A stretch of 64,000 nucleotides of DNA, from assembly GCF_009914755.1 (NCBI RefSeq), contig NC_060938.1. One strand, 5' to 3'. The notes below the pieces were generated by a model. That model saw only the letters and a program-made list of their open reading frames with translations, was not told the DNA's origin and searched no databases. Position 1 is the first letter of the stretch. Each line of letters opens with the position of its first letter. Positions 43,168 through 57,954 of this stretch are shown here, piece by piece. The position numbers were made by a program, and so were the translations under genes. This DNA is from the human T2T-CHM13v2.0 reference genome, Homo sapiens.

Positions 43168-44019
43168 CCTAAGTGAACAGAATTCACTTCTGTGTTTTTA
43201 ACAAAATTACGTAGGGGGAGAAAATCTTAAATTACAAATCAAATACAATCAATAGAACTTCGCAATCTAATGCTAAATTTGGTGATGGACTAGGTTTAAT
43301 ATATCTCAGACGCTGGAAGAAACGAGCTAAGGTTGAAGGAATGGGACTGTGTTTGGAGAGTATTTTAATCTTCTCAAGTATGACAGGTCACTCCTGTACC
43401 CCAGACCACACTTTCAGGCCCCTTCAAATAAGGAATATTTCCTAAGTCCTTGCCTGTTCTTCTCAGCTGAATTCACTTCAACCTTCTGAAGGTTCGTCCA
43501 AACCTTCTGCTATCACCTAGTCTTTGCAAATCTTGTGCATTCTAGGGAGTAGAATTAATATTTCCTGAGCGAGGAAAACTGGGTTCTTCACCTGTGACCT
43601 TTTTTCCTCCTCTGAAGCACCAGTGAGAGGTTAGACCAGATGGCTGTTCTTTCAAGTGCACTTCTTATTCATAGGGAACCCTCCCTTTCAAACTTTGTAA
43701 CACACAGTTAAGACTGAAGTACCCTTAAGGCTGACTACCATCACCCATTACACCATCTCCCTCGCGGAATCAGTGAGTTCTTCCCTGGAAACTAGGTCTC
43801 GTATAAACTTCTGTAAATGCGACCCAGGAGGACTAGGCAGGTCACACAGTGAAGGAGGGAACCAGAAACTTCACTTGCTAAAGAGACACCAGGAAACCCA
43901 ACTAATACAAACGCCAAGTTTAAGACTAGAGGAGCACGCATTTCGCACTACTCCTCTGGGAATGGGGAACATCTCCCGAGAACTGTGTGTTAGCACCGGG
44001 ACACATGGGCAAACTGAGC

Positions 44020-44530
44020 GACATGAGGGTTGGTAACCGGGTCCCTAAGCGGCAGGACAGGAGCTTGGCCTGCAGACTCCGGGCCCAGGGCCACCGGCCT
44101 CGCCTACCCGTTCCTGCGCCTCTAGAACCCGCTTCACTGCCAGGACCACACGCCTGTCATCCCAGCCCCCGCCAGGGTCCACGGCCCGCACCTGCACTTC
44201 AGGCCCTGCCCGCCCGTGATGCGCCCACGCATCTGCTCCCACAACTAGGGAACACTGGTCCGGCCCCCCGGGATCCCCCGAGACCCACGGGTTCCTCTTC
44301 GCCCTCGCACCGACCCGCAGGGACATAGAACCAAGCCCCAAGCCGGCCCAGCTACAGGACCCTCTCTGGGTGCCGCACGTCCGGAGGAAAATGGCGGAGT
44401 GGGCCGGGCAGCGCAAGCGCAGAGAGAAAAGCTGGTTCCCAAGGTCCTTGATGGTAACATCATTGGAAGGTGATACTACATTTCCCATGAGGCTCTGCGG
44501 TCCCCCGTTAGGAACCCACGCAGGACATTC
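44020..44530. promoter_or_regulatory. CpG-rich promoter / first-exon region
   Basis: Local GC and CpG enrichment. YY1 motif AAAATGGCGG (~44388-44397), NRF1-like GCGCAAGCGCA (~44411-44421) and ZNF143/SBS motif ACTACATTTCCCATGAGGC (~44475-44493). Confidence 0.75.
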
Positions 44531-44716
44531 TGTTTTGCCCAGCAGTTGAGTTCAGTTACCCAGAGACCCGGACTTAATGGATCAGGACTGGTCCCTACCC
44601 AGGTGACACAGATGTGGCATTCTGGTTCTTTATTAAATCCTGGTTTCACAGCCTGGGACATTGTGAAAAAAATGGAGAAATTTCAATAGAGGCCAATTGG
44701 TCTATGCTATTAATGA

Positions 44717-45012
<296 letters not shown>

Positions 45013-45624
45013 CTCAAGTATATTTTTATAGATGCATTCGAAAGCATGAAAAAAATCATGTCTCTATTTTACTTTAAAATTTTAAAAACACAACTAATGA
45101 ATATGGTAATTCTCTTCCAATCCGTTATCTTTTCTCTCACTAAACTAATTTGTGAGCCTTCAATTTACACAGTTAGAAAATATGCTCTAGTGCATATACT
45201 AGGATAAAATAACAGGGTCATAAGACAGGTGCACTCCATAATCTTTGTGACAACTTACACTTCTAGTGTCTGATAAATATTTGCCCACAAACTCCCACGT
45301 TTCATCCATCCATCAATCAATCAAATCCACCTATCTTTATTTATTTATTGTGAGAAAGACCTGAAATTTTCCTTTCCTTCCCTGATTTCTGCCACAAACT
45401 AGGCAAAGAGTTCTGCCTAGGGGTTTCTCAGAGCTCCAGCTACCACTGAGGTTCCTAACAGGGAAACGCAGGCTTGAATGCTCAGGGTTGATGTGGGAGT
45501 GCGTGTGAAACGGGGGTGGGGTGAAAGGGCAGTGACGTTTGTAGGTGGGCAGATGGGGGTGTGAAGGGCTTTCAGGTAGGAGGCATGCAGGAAACTGGGA
45601 GAGGCAGCAAAAGTACCTCACGCC

Positions 45625-45975
45625 TCAGATCACCAGAAGACGCTCCCACCAGTGCCATGACAGCTTGCCAATGCCATGGCAGCATGGGAAGTCCCCACCC
45701 CTTGCCATGGAAACAGCTGGAAGTTGCTGCCCATTTCTAGCTATTTCTGAATAACCCGCCCCTTAATTAGCATGCCATTAAAAGTGAATTATAAAAATGA
45801 CTACAAGCCACCCCTAGGCTGCTGCTCTGGGAGCACAACCCACGGAGGGCTCTCTGCCCTGCCGAAGTGGACGCAGGGCTGTAACACCGCCAATGCCTCC
45901 GTAGAGCTGCTTTCTTCCACCACAGTCTTGCTTTTGGATTTCTTCCTGAGCGACGCCAAGAACCTGCCCTTCCTC
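45625..45975 (+). mobile_element. ERV1 LTR fragment (MER41-like, MER4 group)
   Basis: cccaccagtgccatgacagcttgccaatgccatggc...ccccttaattagcat...tataaaa...ttcctgagcgacgccaagaacc resembles MER41-type LTRs. Confidence 0.55.
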
Positions 45976-46931
45976 AGTGTGACTCTTGCCTAAAACCTAT
46001 CCCTGGTATTCTCTTTTCCTGAGCATGCCCTGACTTGTTCTTTCATCTCCTCTGATCTTGCAATTGGTCCTCAGTGACTCTATTCTGCAGATCCAGAAAA
46101 CTCAAACTTAATCTTCCCAGAGCCCTGTTGTCTCCAATATTGGAATCTCTAACCTTGTTTTCTCAGACGCCTAGATTACAGGCTTCTCTCTTGAACACCT
46201 ATTGGTATGGTATCTGGGGATTCTTTAAATACACGGTGATTGGCAGGGGTTACATAGTGGAAATCAGTGCCTGACAATTCGCCTTCCAGGATATGGACTG
46301 TCATTCCCTCTCTTGGTTCCCCTCAGTCTCTTATCCATAAAAGTAGAGATTGTAATACTCATTTGAATTGCAGATACCTCAACCCGAACCCACCTAATAT
46401 AATGTAAAAGCCAAGAATGCAACCCCTTTCCTCACCCCGTGAAGGTAAAGCCCTCAGAGCCAAGGAGAGAAGGCTCAGGGATGGTATCTGGGTGTTTCCA
46501 ATGCTAACCATGTATTGTAGTTTTTAGTGTGCAAGTTTAAGCTTCCCCAGCTTTAATTCTATTGTAACAAGATTTATTTTTGTAATTCCATTTTTGGATT
46601 CTTGATTTATTGGTAAAGAAATACAGTTATTTTTGTATGCCAGTCTTATATAGTGTTACATTCTTAAATTTGTTCATGAGTCCTAACACTTTTTAGTAAA
46701 TTTCTTATGATTTTCTAAATGCAAGATCATGTCATCTGTACATAAAGACAACTGTACTTCTTCCTTTGCAATCTAGATGCCGTTTATTTATTTACGTTGC
46801 CAAGTTGTCCCAGCTACCACTGTTATCAAGTAAAAGGGTCTCACTGCCCAAAGCACAAGAAGCCGGTATCATGACACTGAGTTTTCGAGAAAAGAAAAAG
46901 TTTAAAGTCAAACCAAAACCTATGGGGTACA

Positions 46932-47301
<370 letters not shown>

Positions 47302-47668
47302 CTACATCAAAAAAAAGTAGAAAAGCTTCAAATAAACACCTTAATAATGCATCTTAAATAATTAGAAAAGCAAGAGCAAACCAAAACCAAAATTAGTAGA
47401 AGGAAACATAGCAAAGATCGGAGCAGAAATAAATGAAATTGAAATTTAAAAATATAAAATATCAATTAAATGAAAAGTTAATATTTTTTAAAAGACCAAC
47501 AAAGTCAACAAACATTTAACCAGACTAAGAAAAAAGAGAGAAGACTCAAATACATAAAAACAGATATTAAAAAGGAGACACTATAACTGATACTGTGGAA
47601 ATTCAAAGAATCATTAGAAACTATTATGACCGACTATATTCCAATAAATTGAAAAACCTGGAAGAAAT

Positions 47669-48008
<340 letters not shown>

Positions 48009-49331
48009 CTAGCAAAGAAAAGCCTGGATTCAATGGCTTCACTGGCTTCACTGATTAATTTTACCAAACATTGAAGGCAGAATTACTATCAATCCTACTC
48101 AAACTATTCCAAAAAACAGAGAAGGCTGTAGTATTTCCAAACTCATCCTATGAAAAAGACCATTCATCATGTCTAAGTGGGATTTATCCCGAGGATGCCA
48201 ACATGGTTCAACATATGCAAATCAATGAATGTGACACATCATATCAACAGAATGAAGGACAAAAACCATATGATAATTTCAATTGATGCTAAAAAGCATT
48301 TAATAAAATTCAACATCCCTGTGATAAAAAGAAACCCTCAAAAAAAACTAGATATAGAAGGAACATACCACAACACAATAAAAACCATATGCAACAGACC
48401 CACAGCCAGTATCATCCTGAACAGGGAAAAGCTGAAAGCCTTTCTTCTAAGATCTGGAACAAGACAAGAATGTCTACTTCCAACACTGTTACTCAACATA
48501 GTACTGGAAGTCCTAGCTAGAGCAATTCAGACAAGAGAAAAACAATAAAAGGGATCCAAATTAGAAAGAAGTAAAATTATTACTGTTTTCTTGTTTGCAG
48601 ATGATTTGATCTTATATTTGGAAAAACCTAAGGACTCCACCAAAAAACGATTAGAACTGATCAACAAATTCAGAGTCACAGGATACAAAATCAAACTACA
48701 AAAGTCAGTAGCATTTCTAAATGACAAAAATGAACAATCTAAAGAAGAAAATCAAGAATGTAATCCCATTTACAATAACTACAAATAAAATAAAATATCT
48801 GGGAATAAACAGAAGAAGTGAAAGATCTCTACAATGAAAACTATAAAACATCAATGCAAAAAAATTAAAGAGGACACCAAAAAAAAAAAAAAAAGAAAGA
48901 TAGTCCATGTTCATTGATTGGAAGAGTAAATATTGTTAAAATACCCATACTTCACAAAGCGATCTACAGATTCAATGCAATCCCTATTGAAATACTAATA
49001 ACACTCTTCACAGAAATAGAAAAAAAATCCTAAAATTTATACGAAACCATAAAAGACTCAGAATACCAAAAGCCATCCTGAGCAAAAAGAACAATACTAG
49101 AAGAATCACGTCACCTGACTTTAAATTATAGTACAGAGCAATTGTAAACAAAACACCATGGTACTGGCATAAAACAGACACATAGACCAATGGAACAGAA
49201 TAGAGAACCCAGAAATAAATCCATACATTTACAATTAACTCATTTTCAATGAAGGTGCCAAGAATATACATGGGGGAGAGGATAGTCTCTTCAACAAATT
49301 GTGCTGGGAAAACTAGATATTCATTGGCAGA

Positions 49332-49596
49332 TTTTTTTTTTTTTTTTGAGATGGAGTCTAGCTCTGTTGCTCAGGCTGGAGTGCAGTGGCGCGATCTGGG
49401 CTCACTGCAAGCTCCACCTCCAGGGTTCACACCATTCTCCTCCTCAGCCTCCCAAGTAGCTGGGAGTACAGGCGCCCGCCACCATGCCTGGCTAATTTTT
49501 TTTTTTGTATTTTTAGTAGAGACGGAGTTTCACCATGTTAACCAGGATGGTCTCGATCTCCTGCCCCCATGATCTGCCCACCTCGGCCTCCCAAAG
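49332..49596 (-). mobile_element. 5'-truncated AluY-like
   Basis: Ends at cctcccaaag and lacks the ~35-nt Alu 5' end. Perfect TSD tcattggcaga (49321-49331 and 49597-49607). Confidence 0.9.
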
Positions 49597-50017
49597 TCAT
49601 TGGCAGAATAATTAAACTAGAACCCTCTCTTGCACTATATACAAAAATCAAATCCAAATGGGTTAAAGACTTAAAGACACGAAACTACTAAAAGTAAACA
49701 TTAGGGAAACTTTCCAGGAAATTGGTCTTGGCACAGATTTCTTGAGTAATACTCCAAAAGCTCAGGCAACCAAAGCTAAAATGAACAAGTGGTATCACAT
49801 CAAGTTCAAAAGTTTCTGCATAGTAAAGAAAACAATGGGCAAAGTGAAAAGACAATCCACAGAATGGAAGAAAATATTTGCAAACTATATATCTGACAAG
49901 GGATTAAAAACCAGAATATATAAGGAGCCCAAACAACTCTATAAGAAAAAAACTAACAATCCAACTATTTAAATGGGCAAAAGATCTGAACAGACATTTC
50001 TCAAAAGAAGGCACCCA

Positions 50018-50307
50018 GGTCAGGCGCAGTGGCTCACACCTGTAATTCCAGCACTTTGGGGAGCCAAGACGGGTGGGCCACTTGAGCCCAGGAGTTCAAG
50101 ACCAACCTGAACAACATAGCAAATAATTTTAAAAACTACCTGGGCATGGTGATGCATGCCTGTGGTCCCAGCTACTCAGGAGGCTGAGGTGGGAGGATTG
50201 CTTAAACCCTGGCAGTCAACATTACATTAAGCCATGATCATACCACTGCACTCCAGCCTGGGCGACAGAGTGAGACGCTGTCTCAAAAAATGAGCAAAAA
50301 CAAAAAA
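50018..50307 (+). mobile_element. AluJ-like
   Basis: cacttgagcccaggagttcaag...ggtgggaggattgctt. Confidence 0.88.
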
Positions 50308-50959
50308 GAAGATATATAAATGTCAAATAGATATATGAAAAGATGCTCAATATCATTGATCATCAGAGAAATTGAAATCAAAACTACAATAAGATATCAT
50401 CTTACCCCATTAAAATGGCTTTTATGCAAAAGACAGGCAATAACAAATGCTTGCAAGAATGTGGGGAAAAGGGAACACTCTTACTCTGTTGGTGGGAATG
50501 TAAATTAGTATATTCACTATGGAGAAAAATATGGAGGTCCCTCAAAAAATTAAAAATAGAACTATCATATGATACAGCATTCCCACTGCTGGGTATATAC
50601 CCAAGAGAGGGAAAATTAGTATATCAAAGAGATATTTGCATTGCCATATTTATTTCAGCACTATTCATAATAGCCAATATTTGGAAGCAACCTAAGTGTG
50701 CATCAACAGATGAAGGGATAAAGAAAATGTAGTACATATACACAACGGAGTACTCTTCGGCCATGAAAAAGAATAAGATTCTGTCATTTGCAACAACATG
50801 GGTGGAACTAGAGGACATTATGTTAAGTAAAATGAGCCAGGCACAGAAAGACAGACTTTACATGTTCTCACTCATTTGTGGGAGCTAAAAATTAAAACAA
50901 TTGAACTCATCAAGATAGAGAGTAGACTGAGAGTTTCCAGAGGCTGGGAAGAGTAGCGG

Positions 50960-51480
50960 TGTTACGGGATCTTTGGGGTGTTACTTTTCTGGACAGAAAC
51001 CTCTATGGCTGGTGGCACATTTGCCCGAGCTTTGCTGGGCCCTGCACGCTCAGCCTGGCAGGCTGTGCTCAGCTCATGCTACCACGTTGGATCCCATGCC
51101 TGCCAAGGGAGACTGCGTGGAGTGGCAAGGGGTGTGTGAGTGAGCATGGGGTCTGGCCACTGTGCAGTCAGATCTGCTGGCTGCTGCAGTGGGGCAGGTG
51201 GCTCCAAGTGCCAACACGGGCGCCAGCTCTCCACAAGGCTGTGGCTGGACCACGGGCACCTCAACCAGCTTCCATAGCTGGCACACTGGGAACACAGTGG
51301 CACCCAGAATCTTGGAGATATCAGGAACCAAAGGGCCCCAAAGAAGGACCTGGCTCGGGGAGCTCCCAGGTCTGGGCGCCCCAAAGGGCCACAGCTCTTC
51401 TTTCCTTCTCTTTGCCCACAATGTGGTGAGCAAGGGGCATGTCTCAGCCCTGTTTGTGTTACAGCTCTTTCAGCCTCTTC
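50960..51480 (-). mobile_element. MER52-like LTR, 3' half
   Basis: tgttacgggatctttggggtg is the reverse complement of an LTR end. It is homologous to 27650-28180. Confidence 0.78.
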
Positions 51481-51499
51481 CCTAGGATTTGTCATAATT

Positions 51500-52060
51500 A
51501 ATTCCCATATCATCTTATTTTTTTACATGTGTTTCAACTTCAGAAGATGTATGGATCTAAACACAACATGATGTGTTAGCTAGCTGCCATATGAGCTTCT
51601 CCCTGTTTCACCACTATGTAGCCTAAAGTTATTCCGTCATCCATGACTATCATGTCTAAAGAGTCTGAAGATCTTTATTTGGTAGCTATGGCTTCAGCTA
51701 GTTCATTTGCTAAGTTACCTAGAGTGGTTGACAGATTTCTAATTATACGTTCATGAGAGGTTACTCCCCACCATTGCAAGAGACTTCTGCCAAACATAGG
51801 CCAAAATTCATCTCCTTGGTTTGCAGGTACGGTTTGTCTAATCCTGGAAAATAATTTCAATGAACTACTTCAGCGTTCAGAAACATTGGAGTTATAAATA
51901 GAAAGAGGAAGAGCCACATAACTTAATAGACAATTACCTCTCATATGCCAGTGGTCAACACATTCATAAGCCCATGTGTGCTTGATCCAGGGACCACACA
52001 GGGTCCCTGATGGATTCTGAAATTTAAGGCTTTGGTTTACTGGTAACAGAGACATGTTAA
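51500..52060 (-). pseudogene. ERV env remnant (SU C-terminus and TM ectodomain)
   Basis: Minus-strand translation: PSGTLCG..AYECVDHW..GNCLLSYVALP, then WWGVTSHERIIRNLSTTLGNLANELAEAIATK*RSSDSLDMIVMDDGITLGYIVVKQG, then after a frameshift ANTSCCV*IHTSSEVET. This corresponds to the heptad repeat, ISD-like segment and CC motif of gamma-type Env. Confidence 0.8.
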
Positions 52061-52665
52061 AGTACATGTCTTCAGTCTTGAGTAGAGTGTAATCAGTCTG
52101 ATTTCTTTTTTTTTTTAATGAGACAAACATCAGGTAAAGACCTTGACAAGAAGGAAGAGAAATCCCGAGATTCTATAATCATAATAATCGAATTGTAATT
52201 GCTAGTTTAAGTAGTCCTTCAAAAATACATCTCATTCCTGACAGGATAAAACAAGTTTTATAAAATATATTATATCTGGGCTCACTAGGGAACACTTGGA
52301 GCCAGGAAATAATTCAGGATTCAGACCAAATTATAGGCAAATAATAAAAACTCAGAAAAAATGATCAGGGCTGGAATCTAATAGCATATGTCACAGTTTT
52401 CTTTTGGAACATAAATTTTCTCTCTCTAGTCCATCATTTTATCAAAGACAAATCATAGTAGGACAAATTTCTGTGCAAAATAAGTTTTAGTCTTATCATA
52501 CCTGGCCTAATTATTTGCATAAAGTGCAGCAAGAATATTTATTGACCATATAAGCTTCTTAAAATTGGCTTTGTTGGAACTATTTAATAAGGAATCTTAG
52601 ACTTTTAAAAGCCTTGAGACTAGCCAAGTCAAAGATTTGCATCAGACTGTGTCTGTAATACTTTT

Positions 52666-55600
52666 TTTAACCTACTTTTTTTTATTATACTTTAAGTGTG
52701 GGGTACACGTGCAGAATGCACAGGTTTGTTACATAGGTATACATGTGCTGTGGTGGTTTGCTGCACCCATCAACCCATCACCTATATTAGGTATTTGTCC
52801 TAATGCTTTCCCTCCCCCCGCCCCCACCCCCCAACACGCCCCAGTGTGTGATGTTCCCCTCTCTGTGTCCTTGTGTTCTCGTTGTTCAACTCCCACTTAT
52901 GAGTGAGAACATGTGGTGTTTTGTTTTCTGTTCTTGTGTTAGTTTGCTGAGAATGACGGTTTCCAGCTTCATCCATGTCCCTACAAAGGACATGAACTCA
53001 TCCTTTTTTATGGCTGCATAGTATTCTATGGTGTATATGTGCCACATTTTCTTTATCCAGTCTATAATTGATGGGCATTTGGGTTGGTTCCAAGTCTTTG
53101 TTATTGTGAACAGTCCTGCAATAAACATACATGTGCATTTGTCTTTATGGTAGAATGATTTATAATCCTTTGGGTATGTACCCAGTAATGGGATTGCTGG
53201 GCTAAATGGTATTGCTAGTCCTAGATCCTTGAGGAATAGCCACACTGTCTTCCACAATGGTTGAACTAATTTACACTCCCACCAACAGTGTAAAAGCATT
53301 CCTATTTCTCCACACCCTCTCCAGTATCTGTTGTTTCCTGACTTTTTAATGATCACCATTCTAACTGGCATGAGATGGCATCTCATTGTGGTTTTGATTT
53401 GAATTTCTCTGACTAGTCATGATGAGCTTTTTTTCATATGTTTGTTGGTTGCATAATTGTCCTCTTTTAAGAAGTGTCTGTTCACATCCTTTGCCCACTT
53501 TTTGATGGGATTGTTCTTTCTTGTAAATTTGTTTAAGTTCTTTGTAGATTCTGGATATTAGCCTTTGTCAGATGGATAGATTGCAAAAATTTTCTCCCAT
53601 TTTGTAGGTTGCTCGTTCACTCTCACAGTTTCTTTTGCTTTCCAGAAGCGCTTTAGTTTAATTAGGTCCCATTTGTCAATTTTGTTTTTTTTGTCATTGT
53701 TTTTGGTGTTTTAGTCATGAAGTCTTTGCCCATGCCTACGTCCTGAATGGTATTGCCTAGGTTTTCCTCTAGGGTTTTTATGGCTTTAGGTATTAAGTTT
53801 AAGTCTTTAATCCATCTTGAGTTAATTTTTATATAAGGTGTAAGGAAGGGATCCAGTTTCAGCTTTCTGCCTAAGGCTAGCCAGTTTTCCCAACACCATT
53901 TATTAAATAGGGAATCCTTTTCCCAGTGCTTGTTTTTCTCAGGTTTGTCAAAGATCAGATGGTTGTAGATATGTGGTGTTGTTTCTGAGGGTTCTGTTCT
54001 GTTCCTTTGATCTATATATCTGTTTTGGTACCAGTACCATGCTGTTTTGGTTACCGTTGCCTTGTAGTATAGTTTGAAGTCAGGTAGCATGATGCTTCCA
54101 GCTTTGTTCTTTTTGCTTAGGATTGTCTTGGCTATTCGGGCTCTTTTTTGATTCCATATGAAATTTAAAATATATTTTTCCAATTCCGTGGAGAAAGTCA
54201 ATGGTAGTTTAATGGGGATAGCAGTGAATCTATAAATTTCTTTGGGTAGTATGGCCATTTTCATGATATTGATTCTTCCTATCGATGAGCATGGAGTGTT
54301 TTTCCATTTGTTTGTGTCCTCTCTTTTTCCTTGAGGAGTGGTTTGTAGTTCTCCTTGAAGAGGTCCTTCACATCATTGTAAGTTGTATTCCTAGGTATTT
54401 CATTCTTGTTGTAGCAATGGCGAATGGGAGTTCACTCATAGTTTGGCTCTCTATTTGTCTGTTATTGGTGAATAAGAAAGCTTGTGATTTTTGCACATTG
54501 ATTTTGTATCCTGAAACTTTGCTGAAGTTGCTTATCAGCTTAAGGAGATTTTGGGCTGAGACGATGGGGTTTTCTAAATATATAATCATGTCATCTGCAA
54601 ACAGAGACAATTTGACTTCTTCTTTTCCTAATTGAATACGCTTTATTTCTTTCTCTTGCCTGATTACCCTGGCCAGAACTTCCAACACTATGTGGAATAG
54701 GAGTAGTGAGAGAGGGCATCCTTGTCTTGTGCTGATTTTCAAAGGGAATGCTTCCAGTTTTTGCACATTCAGTATGTTATTGGCTGTGGGTTTGTCATAA
54801 ATAGCACTTAATATTTTGAGATATGTTCCATCGATACCAGTTTATTGAGAGTTTTTAGCATGAAGGGCTGTTGAATTTTGTCAAAGGCCTTTTCTGCATC
54901 TATTGAGATAATCATGTAGTTTTTGTCATTGATTCCGTTTATATGATGGATTACATTTATTGATTTGCATGTTGAACCAGCCTTGCATCCCAGGGATGAA
55001 GTCAACTTGGTCATGGTGGACAAGATTTTTGATGTGCTGCTGGATTCAGTTTTCCAGTATTTTATTCAGGATTTCTGCATTGATGTTCATCAGGGTTATT
55101 GGCCTAAAATTTTCTTTTTTTGTTGTGTCCCTGCCAGGTTTTGGTATCAAGATGATCCTGGCCTCATAAAATGAATTAGGGAGGATTCTCTCTTTTTCTA
55201 TTGTTTGGAATAGTTTCAGAAGGAATGGTACCAACCCCTCTTTGTACCTCTGGTAGAATTTGGCTGTGAATCCGTCTGGTCCTGGACTTTTTTTCGTTGG
55301 TAGGCTATTGATTAATGCCTCAATTTCAGAACTTGTTATTGGTCTTTTCAGGAATTTGACTTCTTCCTGGTTTAGTCTTGGTAGTATTCTCTGATGATAA
55401 TTTGTATTTCTGTGGGACCAGTGGTGATATCCCCTTAATCATTTTTTATTGCATCTATTTGATTCTTCTCTCTTTTCTTCTTTACTAGTCTGGCTAGTAG
55501 TCTGTTTTGTTGATCTTTTCAAAAAACCGGCTCCTGGATTCATTGATTTTTTGAAGAGTTTTTCGTGTCTCTATCTCCTTCAATTCTGCTCTGATCTTAT

Positions 55601-57954
55601 TTATGTCTTGTCTTCTGCTAGCTTTTGAATTTGCTTGTTCTTGCTTCTCTTGTTCTTTTAATTTTGATGTTAAGGTGTCAATTTTAGATCTTTCCTGCTT
55701 TCTCTTGTGGGCATTTAGTGCTATAAATTTCCCTCTACACACTGCTTTAAAAGTGTCCCAGGGATTCTGGTACGTTGTGTCTTTGTTCTCATTGGTTTTG
55801 AAGAACATCTTTATTTCTGCCTTCATTTCGTTATTTACCCAGTAGTCATTCAGGAGCAGGTTGTCCAGTTTCCATGTAGTTGTGAGGTTTTGAGTGAGTT
55901 TCTTAATCCTGTATACTAATTTGAATGCATTGTGGTCTGAGAGACTGTTTGTTATGATTTCCATTATTTTGCATTTCCTGAGGAGTGTTTTACTTCCAAT
56001 TATGTGGTCAATTTTAGAATAAGTGCAATGTGGTGCTGAGAAGAAGGTACATTCTGTTGATTTGGGGTGGAGAGTTCTGTAGATATCTTTTAGGTCCACT
56101 TGGTCCAGAGCTGAGTTCAAGTCCTGGATATTCTTGTTAATTTTCTGTCTCATCTATCTAATATTGACAGTGGAGTGTTAAAGTCTCCCACTATTATTGT
56201 GTGGGAGTCTAAGTCTCTTTGTAGGTCTTTAAGAACTTGCTTTATGAATCTGAGTGCTCCTGTATTGGGTGCATATATGTCTAGGATAGTTAGCTCTTCT
56301 TGTTGCATTGATCCCTTTACCATTATGTAATGCCCTTCTTTGTCTCTTTTTATCTTTGTTGGCTTAAGATCTGTTTTATCAGAAACTAGGATTGCAACCC
56401 CTGCTTTTTGTTGCTTTCCACTTGCTTGTTAAATGTTCCTTCATCCCTTTATTTTGAGCCTATGTGTATGAGATGGGTCTCCTGAATACAGCACATTGAT
56501 GGGTCTTGACTCTTTATCCAATTTGCCAGTCTGTGTCTTTCAACTGGGGGCATTTAGCTCATTTACATTTAAGGTTAATATTGTTATGTGTGAATTTGAT
56601 CCTGTCATTATGATACTAGCTGGTAATTTTGCTCATTAGTTGATGCAGTTTTTTCATAGTGTCAATTGTCTTTATAATTTGGTATGTTTTTGCAATGGCT
56701 GTTACCAGTTGTTCCTTTCCATGTTTAGTGCTTCCTTCAGGAGTTCTTGTAAGGCAGGCCTGGTGGTGACAATATCTCTCAGCATTTGCTTGAAAAGGAT
56801 TTTATTTCTCCTTCAATTATGAAGCTTAGTTTGGCTGGATATGAAATTCTGGCTTGAAAATTCTTTTCTTTAGGAATGTTGTATATTGGCCCCCACTCTC
56901 TTCTGGCTTGTAGGCTTTCTGCCAAGAGATCCACTGTTAGTCTGATGGGCTTCCCTTTGTGGGTAACTCAACCTTTCTCTCTGGCCACCTTATTATTTTT
57001 TCCCTCATTTCAACCTTGGTGAATCTGATGACTTTGTGTCTTGGGGTTGCTCTTCTTGAGGAGTATCTTAGTGGCGTTCTCTGTATTTCCTGAATTTGAA
57101 TGTTGGCCTGTCTTCCTGGGTTGGGGAATTTCTCCTGGATAATATCCTTAAGAATGTTTTCCAACTGGGTTCCATTCTCTCTGTCACTTACAGGTACACC
57201 AATCAAACATAGACTCAGTCTTTTAACATAGTCCTCTATTTCTTGGAGGCTTTGTTCATTTCTTTTCACTCTTTTTTCTCTAATCTTGTCTTCTTGCTTA
57301 ATTTCTTTGAGTTGATCTTCAATCTCTGATATCCTTTCTCCTGCTTGATTGATTCAGCTATTGATACTTGTGTATGCTTCATGAAGTTCTTGTGCTGGGT
57401 TTTTCAGCTCCATCAGGTCATTTATATTCTTCTCTAAACTGGTTATTCTAGTTAACAATTCGTCTAACCTTTTTTTTCAGGCTCTTAGCTTCCTTGCATT
57501 GGGTTAGAACATGCTCCTTTAGCTCGGAGGAGTTTGTTATTACCCGCCTTCTGAAGCCTACTTCTGTCAATTCGTCAAACTCATTGTCTGTCCAGTTTTG
57601 TTCCCTTGCTGGTGGGGAGTTGTGATCTTCTGGAAGAGAAGAGGCATTCTGGCTTTTGGAGTTTTCAGCCTTTTTGCACTGGTTTCTCCCCATCTTTGTG
57701 GATTTATCTACCTTTGGTCTTTGATGTTGGTGGTGTTGATACTATTCCTTTCTGTTTGTTAGTTTTCCTTCTAACAGTCAGGTCCCTCTGCTGCAGGTTT
57801 GCTCGAGTTTGCTGGAGGTCCACTCCAGACCTGTTTGCCTGGGTGTCACCAGTGGAGGCTCAGTTGGAAATGCATGAACCACCTGCCTTCTGTGCTGATC
57901 TCACTGGGTGCTGCAGGCCGGAGCTGTTCCTATTCAGACATCTTGCCAGCTCTC
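52666..57954 (-). mobile_element. L1PA (L1PA7/8-like), 5'-complete but with a spliced 5'UTR
   Basis: ORF1 MGRNQCKKAENSK and ORF2 fragments are present. TSD ctgtaatactttt at 52653-52665 and 57955-57967. The 5'UTR has a junction at 57858/57859. Confidence 0.92.

Noticed and set aside
43987-44488. 113-147 aa Pro/Gly/Arg-rich ORFs
   Set aside because: These are typical spurious ORFs of a GC-rich promoter.
55375-55390. Other internal deletions in the minus-strand L1 (~55381 and ~57733) as further splice events
   Set aside because: They are short and I could not see GT/AG boundaries. Ordinary deletions are more likely.
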